From the NCBI GenBank assembly GCA_043810925.1, contig JBDRNT010000064.1:1-19798 (forward strand): DNA of 19,798 bases, read 5' to 3'. The number at the start of each line of letters is the position of its first letter. Within the stretch, counting starts at the first letter, position 1. This DNA is from Candidatus Eiseniibacteriota bacterium. Lineage in GTDB: Bacteria; Arandabacterota; Arandabacteria; Arandabacterales; Arandabacteraceae. Positions 1 to 8,912 of the stretch are shown one piece after another. The notes below the pieces were generated by a model. The model was not told the origin of the DNA. It searched no databases and saw only the letters and a program-made list of their open reading frames with translations. Both the position numbers and the translations under genes were made by a program.

Positions 1-71
1 CGCCCATCGCCTTCCACAACACCAATACGGGTGTTGCTTGAATGAACATCCAATCCACCGTATAATTCCAT
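1..71 (-). CDS. IS110-family (DEDD) transposase/recombinase, N-terminal 23 codons; continues off the left edge
   Basis: Manual translation from ATG at 71 gives MELYGGLDVHSSNTRIGVVEGDG, matching the IS110 N-terminal YxG(L/I)D(V/L)H motif with the first catalytic Asp. SD AAAGGAGG lies just upstream. Not in the ORF track. Confidence 0.8.
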   Translation of the reverse strand, partial: MELYGGLDVHSSNTRIGVVEGDG

Positions 72-161
72 AGGGCACCTCCTTTGGTTGGTGGTAAACC
101 AGAGCATACCAGAGAGAAATCTCTCTTGGAATGCTCTGGAGGTGCCTCTTTATGATTATCA
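1..161 (-). mobile_element. IS110-family element, left end (non-coding end ~72-161); inferred boundary at TGA 159-161
   Basis: Transposase start plus ~90 nt of nested stems: 74-82/138-146, 99-107/131-139, 109-117/120-129. The junction interrupts one arm of a local inverted repeat. Confidence 0.65.
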
Positions 162-243
162 GAGCTAAAAACGTGCGGGCCCGGGGTCTGACCCCCACCA
201 GTCACTTTTTTAGCTCTGACCCCAAGGTTTCTTGACCCCAAGG
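159..243. repeat. REP-like cluster of TGACCCC motifs
   Basis: Palindrome GGGGTCTGACCCC at 183-195. Perfect 13-bp inverted repeat TCAGAGCTAAAAA (159-171) / TTTTTAGCTCTGA (207-219). Direct repeat TGACCCCAAGG at 217-227 and 233-243. Confidence 0.7.
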
Positions 244-248
244 GTTTT

Positions 249-2696
249 TTAGGAGCCGGCCTCCGTGTAGCCAGACAGATAATCCATCTGCTCAATCGGC
301 ATGAGCGGCATCGGCTCACCGTTGTGTTCCATCCGGAACTTGATGTGTTCAATCAGTTCGTTCTTCTCATACTTGATACCAAAGAGCTTCGGCATGAAGA
401 TATTGGGGTCGAAGAGCGGCACCTCGGGCATCTCCACTATATCTATCTTCTCATCCGCGGCAATACCTGCCTTAGCCTTCGCGATCTTGATCGCGGTCTC
501 AAGCCCACCCAGCTCGTCTATCAGGCCATTCTTCAGGCCGGCGGAACCCGACCACACACGGCCCTGACCCACTTCGTGGATCTCGTCATACTCCATATGC
601 CGGCCCTTTGCAACTTTCTCAACGAAGTGTTTGTAGAAAGTCTTGATGCTGTGTTCCACCTTCGAGCGCTCATCTGCGGTGAGGTTGCGATCCGGCACCT
701 GGCCGAGCAACGGTAGTGAGATCCCGAAGCCAAGATCCGCATGCTCGCCGATTTTCACCACATCCGTAGCCATGCCCAGCTTCTCCTTGATCCCCTTGTT
801 ATAGAACCACCCGCCGATCACGCCGATCGATCCGGTAACCGTCAGCGGTGAAGCCACGATCGTGTCCCCGTACATCGAAATCCAGTAGCCGCCACTCCCG
901 GCAACCATGCCCTGTGAGACGATTACCGGCTTCTTCTCGGAGCACTTCATCAGCGCGTCCGCAACCACATCGGAAGCGGTAGCACTGCCACCCGGCGAAT
1001 CAACCCGGAAGACCACGGCCTTGATATTGTTGTTGCCTGCGACCCCGTCAATCACCTTCGAAAGCGACCGCGCCTTAATGCCCTGGTCCATCGCGCAGAC
1101 ACCGAGGGCGTATATGAGTGCGACCTGTGGCCGCTTGCCCCAGTAATCGTCATGTGGGAGCCGGTACTTCGCTATGCCGCCGGGGCCCATCATGCCCTTG
1201 GCATCACCCTCAAGCGTCTCGATCGTTTTCTTTACGGCCTCCCAGCGACCGAGCGTATCAACCAGACCGGCCTCCAGGGCTTCCTCGGGCATGAAGAAGA
1301 GGTTTTCGTTAACCATCCGGTCGAACTCCTCCGGCGCAATTCCGCGTCCTTCAGATATCTCGGCCCTCATCTGGCCGTAGAAGTCTTCAAGAATCGCGAG
1401 GATCTGTTCTTCATCCCCCTCCGACATGCTATCCCTCGCAAAACCCTCGTATGCGGACTTGTACTTAAAGAAGCGCCACTCATCGAACCCAATCCCCAGT
1501 TTCTCCAGAGTGCCCTTGAGATAAGTCCGTCCGAGTCGCATACCCGGTAATGCTATCTCGCCGGTCGGGTCCATGACGATCTTGTCTGCGACAGACGCGA
1601 AGTGATAGGCGTACAAGCCCGCATCATCGACAAACACCACGACGTGCTTCCCGGCGGACTTGAAATCCCGGAGCTTTTCGCGGACTTCCCAGGCCATTTC
1701 AATACTCGCGAAACGCATGTCTGATGTATTTATGGCAATCCCCGCGACGGTCTCATCTTCTTTGGCGCCATCTATGGCTGAGAGCAACCCTGCAAGCGTA
1801 TTGGATTTGTCAAACATCTTGTAGCGTTGGTACTTGGTGAGCCCGGTTAGTTGGAGGTCCACATAGCGATGCCTTCGGTTCATAAGAGGTGTAAGAACGT
1901 TCCGGTCCATTGCCCCGAGCCGGACGCCATAGGTGTTGTAACCATGCACGCGCTCGTCGTCGAAGTGGGCCTGGCTTGCGAGCCCCATGTCACCGAGGCT
2001 GAAGTTGAGCCCCAGGCTGAATCCATGCGTATCGAAGTAGCGGCCCGTGAGGCGAATTCCTGGCAGGAGCTCGAGTGCTGCGCCTGTGCTCCAGTGACCG
2101 TCCTTTGGCTTCTCACCATTCTGAATGGCATAGTCCCCGAAAACGGCCACGACTTCATTGCCCAGCGGACGAACTGCGAGGTCGAACACCCCCTCCTTCG
2201 CACTTCCGGCTGTTGCAAACGCACCGGTTAGACCGACCGACAGATGAGGAATCGGCCGCGTAAGTGAACCTACAGTCAAGACCCTACCGCGGTTATACTC
2301 GCTGATGCTGCCCGCCGACCAGCCGTAGCCCACACCGAAACTCGAGCTCCGGTCACCGAACGCCAGCGATAACCTGTAGTCCGTCACGGCCCCCAGAGAG
2401 TCCTTGTTGCGGATCATACCGAAACCCATGTTGGGCGTGGGAAGTCCCGCAAATAGACCCCACCTGTCGAAATCGTTCCACTCGCCGGAAGCGTCCGACC
2501 AGGTGAACAGGATGTCCGGCCGCTCGACGTACTTAAGCAACGCCGGGTTAGCATACCCGTACAGGCCGAACCCCATTCCCCCCGGTGAGGTCAGGAGAAA
2601 ATCATTCTGACTGTGATAGGGCGGGATAACAGGACCGGCAGATGCCGTCAATGCTGATATCGAAAATAGCAACGTCAGGGCCGCGACCAATCTCAT
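249..2696 (-). CDS. sppA: Signal peptide peptidase SppA (protease IV, S49, tandem domains) with signal peptide and extra N-terminal beta-strand-rich domain
   Basis: KYKS (catalytic Lys region), RVDSPGG, GSGGYW (catalytic Ser), TGSIGV and GRVWSG motifs. Start moved to Met23 (2696) because AAGGAGGT precedes it and a hydrophobic signal peptide follows. Confidence 0.9.
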   Translation of the reverse strand: MRLVAALTLLFSISALTASAGPVIPPYHSQNDFLLTSPGGMGFGLYGYANPALLKYVERPDILFTWSDASGEWNDFDRWGLFAGLPTPNMGFGMIRNKDSLGAVTDYRLSLAFGDRSSSFGVGYGWSAGSISEYNRGRVLTVGSLTRPIPHLSVGLTGAFATAGSAKEGVFDLAVRPLGNEVVAVFGDYAIQNGEKPKDGHWSTGAALELLPGIRLTGRYFDTHGFSLGLNFSLGDMGLASQAHFDDERVHGYNTYGVRLGAMDRNVLTPLMNRRHRYVDLQLTGLTKYQRYKMFDKSNTLAGLLSAIDGAKEDETVAGIAINTSDMRFASIEMAWEVREKLRDFKSAGKHVVVFVDDAGLYAYHFASVADKIVMDPTGEIALPGMRLGRTYLKGTLEKLGIGFDEWRFFKYKSAYEGFARDSMSEGDEEQILAILEDFYGQMRAEISEGRGIAPEEFDRMVNENLFFMPEEALEAGLVDTLGRWEAVKKTIETLEGDAKGMMGPGGIAKYRLPHDDYWGKRPQVALIYALGVCAMDQGIKARSLSKVIDGVAGNNNIKAVVFRVDSPGGSATASDVVADALMKCSEKKPVIVSQGMVAGSGGYWISMYGDTIVASPLTVTGSIGVIGGWFYNKGIKEKLGMATDVVKIGEHADLGFGISLPLLGQVPDRNLTADERSKVEHSIKTFYKHFVEKVAKGRHMEYDEIHEVGQGRVWSGSAGLKNGLIDELGGLETAIKIAKAKAGIAADEKIDIVEMPEVPLFDPNIFMPKLFGIKYEKNELIEHIKFRMEHNGEPMPLMPIEQMDYLSGYTEAGS

Positions 2697-2728
2697 GTCC
2701 TTACCTCCTTTTTGAGCAGCGATTTTAC

Positions 2729-2757
2729 ATACTAACCACTGATTGAAAACTTGTAAA
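2729..2757 (-). promoter_or_regulatory. Putative sigma70 promoter for sppA
   Basis: TTTACA-N17-TAGTAT on the minus strand, about 30 nt upstream of the start codon. Confidence 0.4.
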
Positions 2758-3098
2758 GCCATTCAGGTGCGCCTGATTGAGTGAAGCCAGGCGGACGCGA
2801 ATGGACGGAGACATCCAGGTGAGAACATCGCAAAGTCCGTGCCACGGATCTTCACATGAACAACCCCTCTCATGTCCCGCGCAATGGGACTAACCGTCAG
2901 ATTTACCGGGCACTTAGCATCGCGGGAAGAATCCCGCCCTAAATCCGGTCGGCGCACGCGGGCGGATCGGCTTCTCCGTATGTGTCCAAGAGACACACAA
3001 CTGTGGGAAATGCGCCCTCACCATCGCCACACGGTGCCAACGACGGAACATGATCCGAGCCGGGCACGCCTCGCAGCCCAGCCAGGCGAAAATGGATG

Positions 3099-3635
3099 TC
3101 ACTCGGGCGGCGTGGCCCCCGCTCCCAGCTCTTTGAGGCGCTCCAGTCTCTCCGCCTCGTTGGCAACCAGCCATTGATCCTGTGACAGAATCTCATGTGC
3201 CTGACGGAAGTAGACCTGCGCCTCGTCGACCCTGCCGAGCGACCGGTAGGTTCGCGCAATCGTCCACTTCGCGATCCGTGTCCCCTCGACATCCCCGCGC
3301 TCCTGCCGGAAGGCCAGTGATTTCTCAAAGAGTTCAAGGGCTTTGTCATACTGACCCAGATCATGGTAGCTCCAGCCGGTGTTGTTGTAGGGTGGGCCCA
3401 ACCAGCGCCCGGCATGTTCGTCGGTTGTCTCTTCCGCAAGGGCCATGGCCTTTTCTGCCCACACGAGCTGCTGCTCCGGCGGTTCGACAATAGCCATCAT
3501 GTGTGCGGCATCAAGTGCATGGTCATCTTCGCCGGCGGCAAGCCCGGCTTCCCAGGCTTCAAGAAAGAGCGGTTTGGCCGCTCCCGTATCCTTCGAAGAA
3601 TTATAGACCCTGCCTCTCTCAAGCAGATACCGCAT
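3099..3635 (-). CDS. Tetratricopeptide-repeat protein, probably 5'-truncated (possible pseudogene)
   Basis: TPR signatures (YNNTGWSYHDLGQYDKALELFEKSL; IARTYRSLGRVDEA). ORF is open to 3770, but its first ~42 codons look non-coding and overlap the putative mscS promoter. Start uncertain. Confidence 0.65.
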   Translation of the reverse strand: MRYLLERGRVYNSSKDTGAAKPLFLEAWEAGLAAGEDDHALDAAHMMAIVEPPEQQLVWAEKAMALAEETTDEHAGRWLGPPYNNTGWSYHDLGQYDKALELFEKSLAFRQERGDVEGTRIAKWTIARTYRSLGRVDEAQVYFRQAHEILSQDQWLVANEAERLERLKELGAGATPPE

Positions 3636-3697
3636 CTTCGCCACGACGTTAGCGCAACCGGAGCCGCTCTTCAACATCCCAATCATGAATCGCGTTC

Positions 3698-3725
3698 TTG
3701 ACTTTGCGGCCCCCTGCATTATCAT
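3698..3725 (+). promoter_or_regulatory. Putative sigma70 promoter for mscS
   Basis: TTGACT-N16-TATCAT, about 85 nt upstream of the mscS ATG. Confidence 0.45.
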
Positions 3726-3809
3726 GACCATCAAAGCAACGGTCTCGGACAACCACATGAATCGAGACATAGTGTATCGGGGTATGAGGTAACGTCAGGA
3801 AGGTGCAAC

Positions 3810-4628
3810 ATGGAGCATTATTGGGGCCTTATCCAGGGCTATCTTGCTGCCTACGGCTTAAGAGTGGTCGCGGCGATCATCATATTCCTCGTCGGGAGAT
3901 GGCTGGCCGGTGTGATCGCCAGCGTTGTAGAGAAACTGCTGGTCAAGTCGGAGGTGGACACTACCCTGGCGACGTTCGCCAAGAAGATTGTGTATATCCT
4001 CCTCCTGGTATTTATAATCATTGCCGCCTTGAACAAGCTCGGGGTTGAGACTACTTCGCTCGTGGCCATTCTCGGTGCTGCCGGGCTGGCAGTTGCCTTC
4101 GCCCTTCAGGGGTCCCTCTCGAACTTCGCGGCAGGGGTCATGCTGATCCTGTTCAAGCCCTTCAAGGTCGGAGATTTCGTTGAGGCTGCGGGTACGCTCG
4201 GCTCGGTAGAGGCAATTCACATTTTCAATACAATTCTCAGCTCACCCGACAACCGTCGTATCATGATCCCCAACGGCCAGATCACATCGGACAAGATCAC
4301 CAACTTCACCGCCATCGACCGGCGCCGCATCGATCTGGTCTTCGGTGTTTCGTACGATGACGACCTCAAGAAGGCCAAGGACATCCTCCAGACTATCGTG
4401 ACGTCCGATGAGCGCGTGCTGAAGGACCCCGCACCTACGATCGGGGTTTCCGAACTGGGGGCCAGCAGCGTCAATATCGTATGTAGACCCTGGGTCAAAC
4501 CGGCCGACTACTGGAATGTCTATTTTGACACGCTCGAGAAGGCCAAGGCCCAGCTGGAGAGCAGCGGTCTCTCAATTCCTTACCCGCAAAGGGATGTCCA
4601 TATGTATGAGGAGAAGAAGGTCGCATAG
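3810..4628 (+). CDS. mscS: Small-conductance mechanosensitive channel
   Basis: 272 aa with three N-terminal TM segments. Motifs LGAAGLAVAFALQGSLSNFAAG, KPFKVGDFVE, IPNGQI, RRIDLVFGVSY, IPYPQRDVH. SD AGGAAGG. Confidence 0.95.
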   Translation: MEHYWGLIQGYLAAYGLRVVAAIIIFLVGRWLAGVIASVVEKLLVKSEVDTTLATFAKKIVYILLLVFIIIAALNKLGVETTSLVAILGAAGLAVAFALQGSLSNFAAGVMLILFKPFKVGDFVEAAGTLGSVEAIHIFNTILSSPDNRRIMIPNGQITSDKITNFTAIDRRRIDLVFGVSYDDDLKKAKDILQTIVTSDERVLKDPAPTIGVSELGASSVNIVCRPWVKPADYWNVYFDTLEKAKAQLESSGLSIPYPQRDVHMYEEKKVA

Positions 4629-4693
4629 GACTGATACATCCAAGGCAATACGGGATGTCATCGAGCCACGGAGACTCTGGTGGGATCACCCTA

Positions 4694-6013
4694 TCAGGTG
4701 GTGATTTCTCCGAGATCCATCTGCCGGCGCCGCTGATCTTTCCTGTACCTGTGCTTGAGGCAAATCACGTCCATTTCAAGGATCCGGCCCAGCGTTACAG
4801 CGGTAGGAACCTGATCGGGCAGCTGCGCAGCCTTTGTCCCCTTGCTGGCGGAAAACGCGAACGGTTTGAAGGAATGAAGCGGGTTCAGCTCGAGGAGCCA
4901 CTCGGCAAATTTCTTCAACTGGTTGAATTCTTCCCTGGTCTCGCCCGGATAGCCGATTATGAAATGCACATCCATGTAGAATGAGGGCGATGCGGCCGTA
5001 ATCGCCTCGAGACATCGTTTCAACCTGTCCAGATCATAACCGCGGTTCATGGACTTGACTATCCTCGGGCTTACATGCTGGACCGCGAGACAAAGCCGCC
5101 TTACCTTGCCCGTGGAGAAAACATCGGGGTATTCATCGCATAATACTATCATGTCTTTCGGATTCATGCTGTCAATCAGTAGACCGAAATCGCCTTCTAT
5201 GCTGATTATCTCGCGCAACAGGGTACCAAAGTCGAGCTCGATATCCCTGCCGTAGACGCCGTTGTCCTCGGCGATCAGCGATATCCACTTGTATCCCTGC
5301 TTTACTCCCTGCCGTGCGCTCTCGATGATCTCTTCAAGGGGTTTGCTTCTCAATCTACCCTTGGCGATTCTGCCGACACAGTATGAGCAATTCCCGAGAC
5401 AGCCCTCCGACGTAATTATGCACCAGGTGTCATCTCCCATCTGGTAGTAGTCGAATGGGTATACGCCACGGTTTACATCGGTGAACAGCGTTCCGTTGAT
5501 GGTCCCGTAATAAGCGGATATGGACCAGTGTATCACCTTTCTTACAATACTCGCAACTCTAACAATATCGACGCTTTTCTTGTCCCGGACGACTGACATT
5601 ACCCTTTCCCTGGTTCTCACGCGGGTCCGGACGGGAATGTCAAGGATGCTTGTTGTCGCGTTTATCACCTCATCGAACTTCTCTATCTCCCGGGGCCCGA
5701 ATGCCGGACCACTGTGAATCGCCTCGATATCAGCCCTGTACTGGCTCGGGATACAGCCCGTCACGACAAACACGGGATCATCCTTGCGCGGAGCAAGCTG
5801 CTTGTTCACAGCTTTGATGATGCGGAGTGTTTCCCTTCTGTTCTTGTTCATCAAACCGCAACCGAGGTGCGCGACCAGGTCGGCTGATGCCACCTCCTCA
5901 CTCGAACCGATATCCCAACCGTTGGCCTTGAGGTAGTCCTCGAACCTGAGCTTGAGAAGCATATTCCTTGGACAGCCTATAAAGTCGATTAGCAAAACGG
6001 CTTTCTTCTTCAT
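4694..6013 (-). CDS. MiaB/RimO-like radical SAM methylthiotransferase-family protein lacking a TRAM domain
   Basis: N-terminal UPF0004-like Cys motifs (GCPRN, LGCG, VVTGC), CxxxCxxC (GCLGNCSYC), YGRD, MNRGY, FIIGYPGET and FSxxxGTKAA. The protein ends soon after, leaving no room for TRAM. Confidence 0.85.
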   Translation of the reverse strand: MKKKAVLLIDFIGCPRNMLLKLRFEDYLKANGWDIGSSEEVASADLVAHLGCGLMNKNRRETLRIIKAVNKQLAPRKDDPVFVVTGCIPSQYRADIEAIHSGPAFGPREIEKFDEVINATTSILDIPVRTRVRTRERVMSVVRDKKSVDIVRVASIVRKVIHWSISAYYGTINGTLFTDVNRGVYPFDYYQMGDDTWCIITSEGCLGNCSYCVGRIAKGRLRSKPLEEIIESARQGVKQGYKWISLIAEDNGVYGRDIELDFGTLLREIISIEGDFGLLIDSMNPKDMIVLCDEYPDVFSTGKVRRLCLAVQHVSPRIVKSMNRGYDLDRLKRCLEAITAASPSFYMDVHFIIGYPGETREEFNQLKKFAEWLLELNPLHSFKPFAFSASKGTKAAQLPDQVPTAVTLGRILEMDVICLKHRYRKDQRRRQMDLGEITT

Positions 6014-6086
6014 CTGTCAATTCCCTTGAAGACAGTACTATCCCCTGTCATTGACCTCCTGGGACCGTCACCTCGCGACTCCCCGG

Positions 6087-6115
6087 AGTATACCATTTTC
6101 CTATTTGTGAGTCTA
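6087..6115 (-). promoter_or_regulatory. Putative sigma70 promoter (extended -10) for the radical SAM gene
   Basis: TAGACT-N17-TATACT with TG before the -10 (TGGTATACT). Confidence 0.55.
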
Positions 6116-6223
6116 CGTCTATCCATGATATCCAATTCCCCAATACTTACTTCGGCCAACAGTGCCAAAAAATGAACGAAATCTTGCAAGATGGGGAAGT
6201 CTCCATCATCACCCTATGGGACC

Positions 6224-6808
6224 CTACAGATCAAAGTACCAGATCAGCATTACTTCGTGGGCAAAGTCGGGGTGTCGTCGATAGGCGTAACTATCGATCT
6301 CACCGAGGTGACAGCCCTGTTTCGCATAGAACCTGCAGGCCGGGACATTGATATTCTGCGTTTCAATCTTAAGCTGCCCGGCCCCACGCGTACGCGCCCA
6401 GCCGACCGCGCGCTCAAACAAGGCAGACCCGATTCCCGACCGTCTCACGCCGGGATGGACCCGAATATCCCACAATACGGCAAGGTCCCGTCGTCCGGCC
6501 AGCATGTGAACGCCAGGGGTGGCAAAAGCGACTGCCGCGCCTCCGACGGGGCGGGATTTCTCACGTGCCAGCAGGAAGCCCCAATTCCGGACGTCGAACC
6601 GCCCCGGCCAGGCTAATGGGCCTCCATCGTCGCAGGCATCGTAGTCCTTTATATAGGGTGGCTGAACGGTCTTCTCCCTGAACAGGATGCCACCCAGACC
6701 GCCGTCGACGGAATCCATTGAGAGTACAGAAGTTACCATAAATGCAGTGGGGACTTGCGAATACTCATTCAGGCGCTCAGGACCAATCTCATCAATTGCG
6801 GCAGCCAT
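6224..6808 (-). CDS. GNAT N-acetyltransferase, streptothricin acetyltransferase (Sat)-like
   Basis: Acetyl-CoA motif VHPGVRRSGIGSAL. LKIETQNINVPACRFYAKQG resembles the Sat ETQxxNxxACxFY motif. Start taken at Met15, 10 nt after the fusA stop. Confidence 0.8.
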   Translation of the reverse strand: MAAAIDEIGPERLNEYSQVPTAFMVTSVLSMDSVDGGLGGILFREKTVQPPYIKDYDACDDGGPLAWPGRFDVRNWGFLLAREKSRPVGGAAVAFATPGVHMLAGRRDLAVLWDIRVHPGVRRSGIGSALFERAVGWARTRGAGQLKIETQNINVPACRFYAKQGCHLGEIDSYAYRRHPDFAHEVMLIWYFDL

Positions 6809-6818
6809 GCTCTGGACC

Positions 6819-8912
6819 CTATGTCTTCTCCCTGGCCTTGCGGCGAGCACTTACTATGTCTTCTGCAAGGGCATATGGCACTGCCTCGTAACGCTCGAAA
6901 TGCATGCTGAATTCACCACGTCCGCTGGTGGCGTTTCGCAGTTCGGATGCATATCCGAACATGTCCGCCAGTGGTACACGGGCCGTGAGGATACAGGTTT
7001 TGCCCTTTGCTTCCATGTTGACTATCTTCCCGCGCCGCGAACAGAGGCTCGAGGTGATGGCACCTGTGTGGTCTTCCGGCATTACGACTTCAACGCTCAT
7101 CACGGGCTCCAGAAGCTCAAGACCGGCCTTCTTGCAGGCATCGCGGAAACCCGTGGCCCCGCACTGGCGGAATGCTTGTTCGGAGGAGTCAACGTCGTGT
7201 GCCGAACCGTCGAATATTGTGACTTCGATGTCTACCATTGGAAATCCGGCATATGGCCCCTCTGCCATGATGTCGATAATCCCGCGCTCAATCGCCGGGA
7301 GGTATTCGCGCGGAATGCGGCCTCCGACAACCTCGGGCTTGTAACGGAGCCCCGAACCGGGTGTCCCGGGCTCGACCCGCATGCAGACATGGGCGTACTG
7401 CCCGTGGCCTCCTGTCTGCTTGACATGCTTGTGTACGTGCTCAACCGAACCTATGATGGTCTCGCGATATGCTACCTGGGGTTTGCCAACCGAGACGCCG
7501 ACGCCGAATTCGCGCCGCAGCCGATCGGAGATGACCTCAAGATGGAGCTCCCCCATGCCGGATATTATGACCTCACCGGTTTCAGCGTTGCTCCTGACCG
7601 TAAAGGTCGGGTCTTCCTCGGCAAGCCGGGCCAGCCCTCTACCAAGCTTGTCGCTATCCGCCCGGCTTTCCGGCCTCACAGCCACTCCTATCACCGGTGC
7701 CGGAAACTCAATCGATTCAAGCACGATCGGGTGATCTTCTGAGCAGATCGTGTCCCCGGTGTGTGTGTCTGCAAGTCCGATCACGGCCCCGACATCTCCG
7801 GCGTGCATGGTTTCGCATGCAAGCCGTTTGTTGGCGTGCATCTCGAAGAGACGGCCTATACGCTGCCTCTTGTCCCTGCTGGAGTTGTAGACAAACTCCG
7901 CCGACTTGAGAACGCCTGAATACACACGTACATATGTGAGTTTACCCATGTGCTTGTCTGCCTGGACCTTAAAGGCGAGAGCCGCAAGCGGTGCATCATC
8001 ACTGGGACGACTTATGATCTCGTTCCCTTCGCCGTCACGCGTGCCAATTACAGGGGGTCTGTCCACGGGAGACGGAAGATAGTCTATGATGGCATCAAGC
8101 AGCCGCCGTATTCCCTTGTTTCTGAGCGCCGCGCCACACAAGACGGGAATAATCCGGCCGTCGATGGTGGCCTTGCGCATAGCCCTGACGGCATCATCCC
8201 GCTCAGGAATCTCACCCTCGATGAACTTCGCCATCAGGCGATCATCTTCCTCGCTGATGCGCTCAATCATGACCTTCTCGGCCTCGCGGGCTTTCTCAAG
8301 CAACGCTTCCGGGATTGCTTCTTCCCTGATCATTATCCCATCGGGTGTATCATCGTAGTAGACCGCTTTCATGTCCACGAGATCGATGATGCCCTCGAAA
8401 TCAGATTCTGCACCGATCGGGATCACCACCGGCACGACATTGGCTCCGAGCTCCCGCTTTATCTCTTCAACGACCCCCTCGAAGTCGGCTCCCGTCCGGT
8501 CCATCTTGTTTATGAAGGCTATGCGTGGCACCTGGTACTTTTCGGCCTGTCGCCACACGGTCTCGGATTGGGGCTGAACACCGCCCACGGCGCAGAAGAG
8601 CGCGACTGTTCCGTCAAGCACACGCAACGATCGTTCCACCTCGGCGGTGAAGTCGACATGGCCGGGGGTATCAATGATGTTGACCCGGTGGCCATTCCAG
8701 TAGGTCGTGGTGGCGGCCGAGGTAATCGTGATGCCGCGCTCCTGCTCCTGCACCATCCAGTCCATGGTGGCCTCACCATCATGAACTTCGCCCATCCTAT
8801 GACTCTTGCCCGTGAAAAAGAGGATCCGCTCGGTCACGGTGGTCTTCCCCGCATCGATGTGGGCCATTAAGCCGATGTTACGGATCTTGCTTATGTCTAC
8901 TTTCTGAGCCAT
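6819..8912 (-). CDS. fusA: Elongation factor G (copy outside the rpsL-rpsG-fusA-tuf operon)
   Basis: [47 protein letters not shown] and LLEPVM motifs. Start at Met38 (8912) after GAGAGG gives 697 aa. Confidence 0.95.
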   Translation of the reverse strand: MAQKVDISKIRNIGLMAHIDAGKTTVTERILFFTGKSHRMGEVHDGEATMDWMVQEQERGITITSAATTTYWNGHRVNIIDTPGHVDFTAEVERSLRVLDGTVALFCAVGGVQPQSETVWRQAEKYQVPRIAFINKMDRTGADFEGVVEEIKRELGANVVPVVIPIGAESDFEGIIDLVDMKAVYYDDTPDGIMIREEAIPEALLEKAREAEKVMIERISEEDDRLMAKFIEGEIPERDDAVRAMRKATIDGRIIPVLCGAALRNKGIRRLLDAIIDYLPSPVDRPPVIGTRDGEGNEIISRPSDDAPLAALAFKVQADKHMGKLTYVRVYSGVLKSAEFVYNSSRDKRQRIGRLFEMHANKRLACETMHAGDVGAVIGLADTHTGDTICSEDHPIVLESIEFPAPVIGVAVRPESRADSDKLGRGLARLAEEDPTFTVRSNAETGEVIISGMGELHLEVISDRLRREFGVGVSVGKPQVAYRETIIGSVEHVHKHVKQTGGHGQYAHVCMRVEPGTPGSGLRYKPEVVGGRIPREYLPAIERGIIDIMAEGPYAGFPMVDIEVTIFDGSAHDVDSSEQAFRQCGATGFRDACKKAGLELLEPVMSVEVVMPEDHTGAITSSLCSRRGKIVNMEAKGKTCILTARVPLADMFGYASELRNATSGRGEFSMHFERYEAVPYALAEDIVSARRKAREKT

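Noticed and set aside
183-243. Short repeats as a CRISPR array
   Set aside because: Repeats are 7-13 bp, irregularly spaced and partly inverted, and no cas genes are present.
2697-2762. ORF-track N-terminal extensions of sppA (also fusA 8913-9023 and GNAT 6809-6850)
   Set aside because: Downstream starts fit better: SD motifs for sppA and fusA, and no overlap with fusA for the GNAT.
2865-2950. Hairpins upstream of sppA (GTCCC/GGGAC; GCGGGA/TCCCGC) as a riboswitch
   Set aside because: No riboswitch consensus was recognised, they lie upstream of the predicted promoter, and short GC stems are expected by chance.
4633-4662. Hairpin between convergent mscS and radical SAM genes as an intrinsic terminator
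   Set aside because: Large loop and no U tract on either strand.
6687-8870. Long + strand ORFs (351 aa and 306 aa)
   Set aside because: They lie antisense to fusA and have no motifs; typical shadow ORFs of a GC-rich conserved gene.
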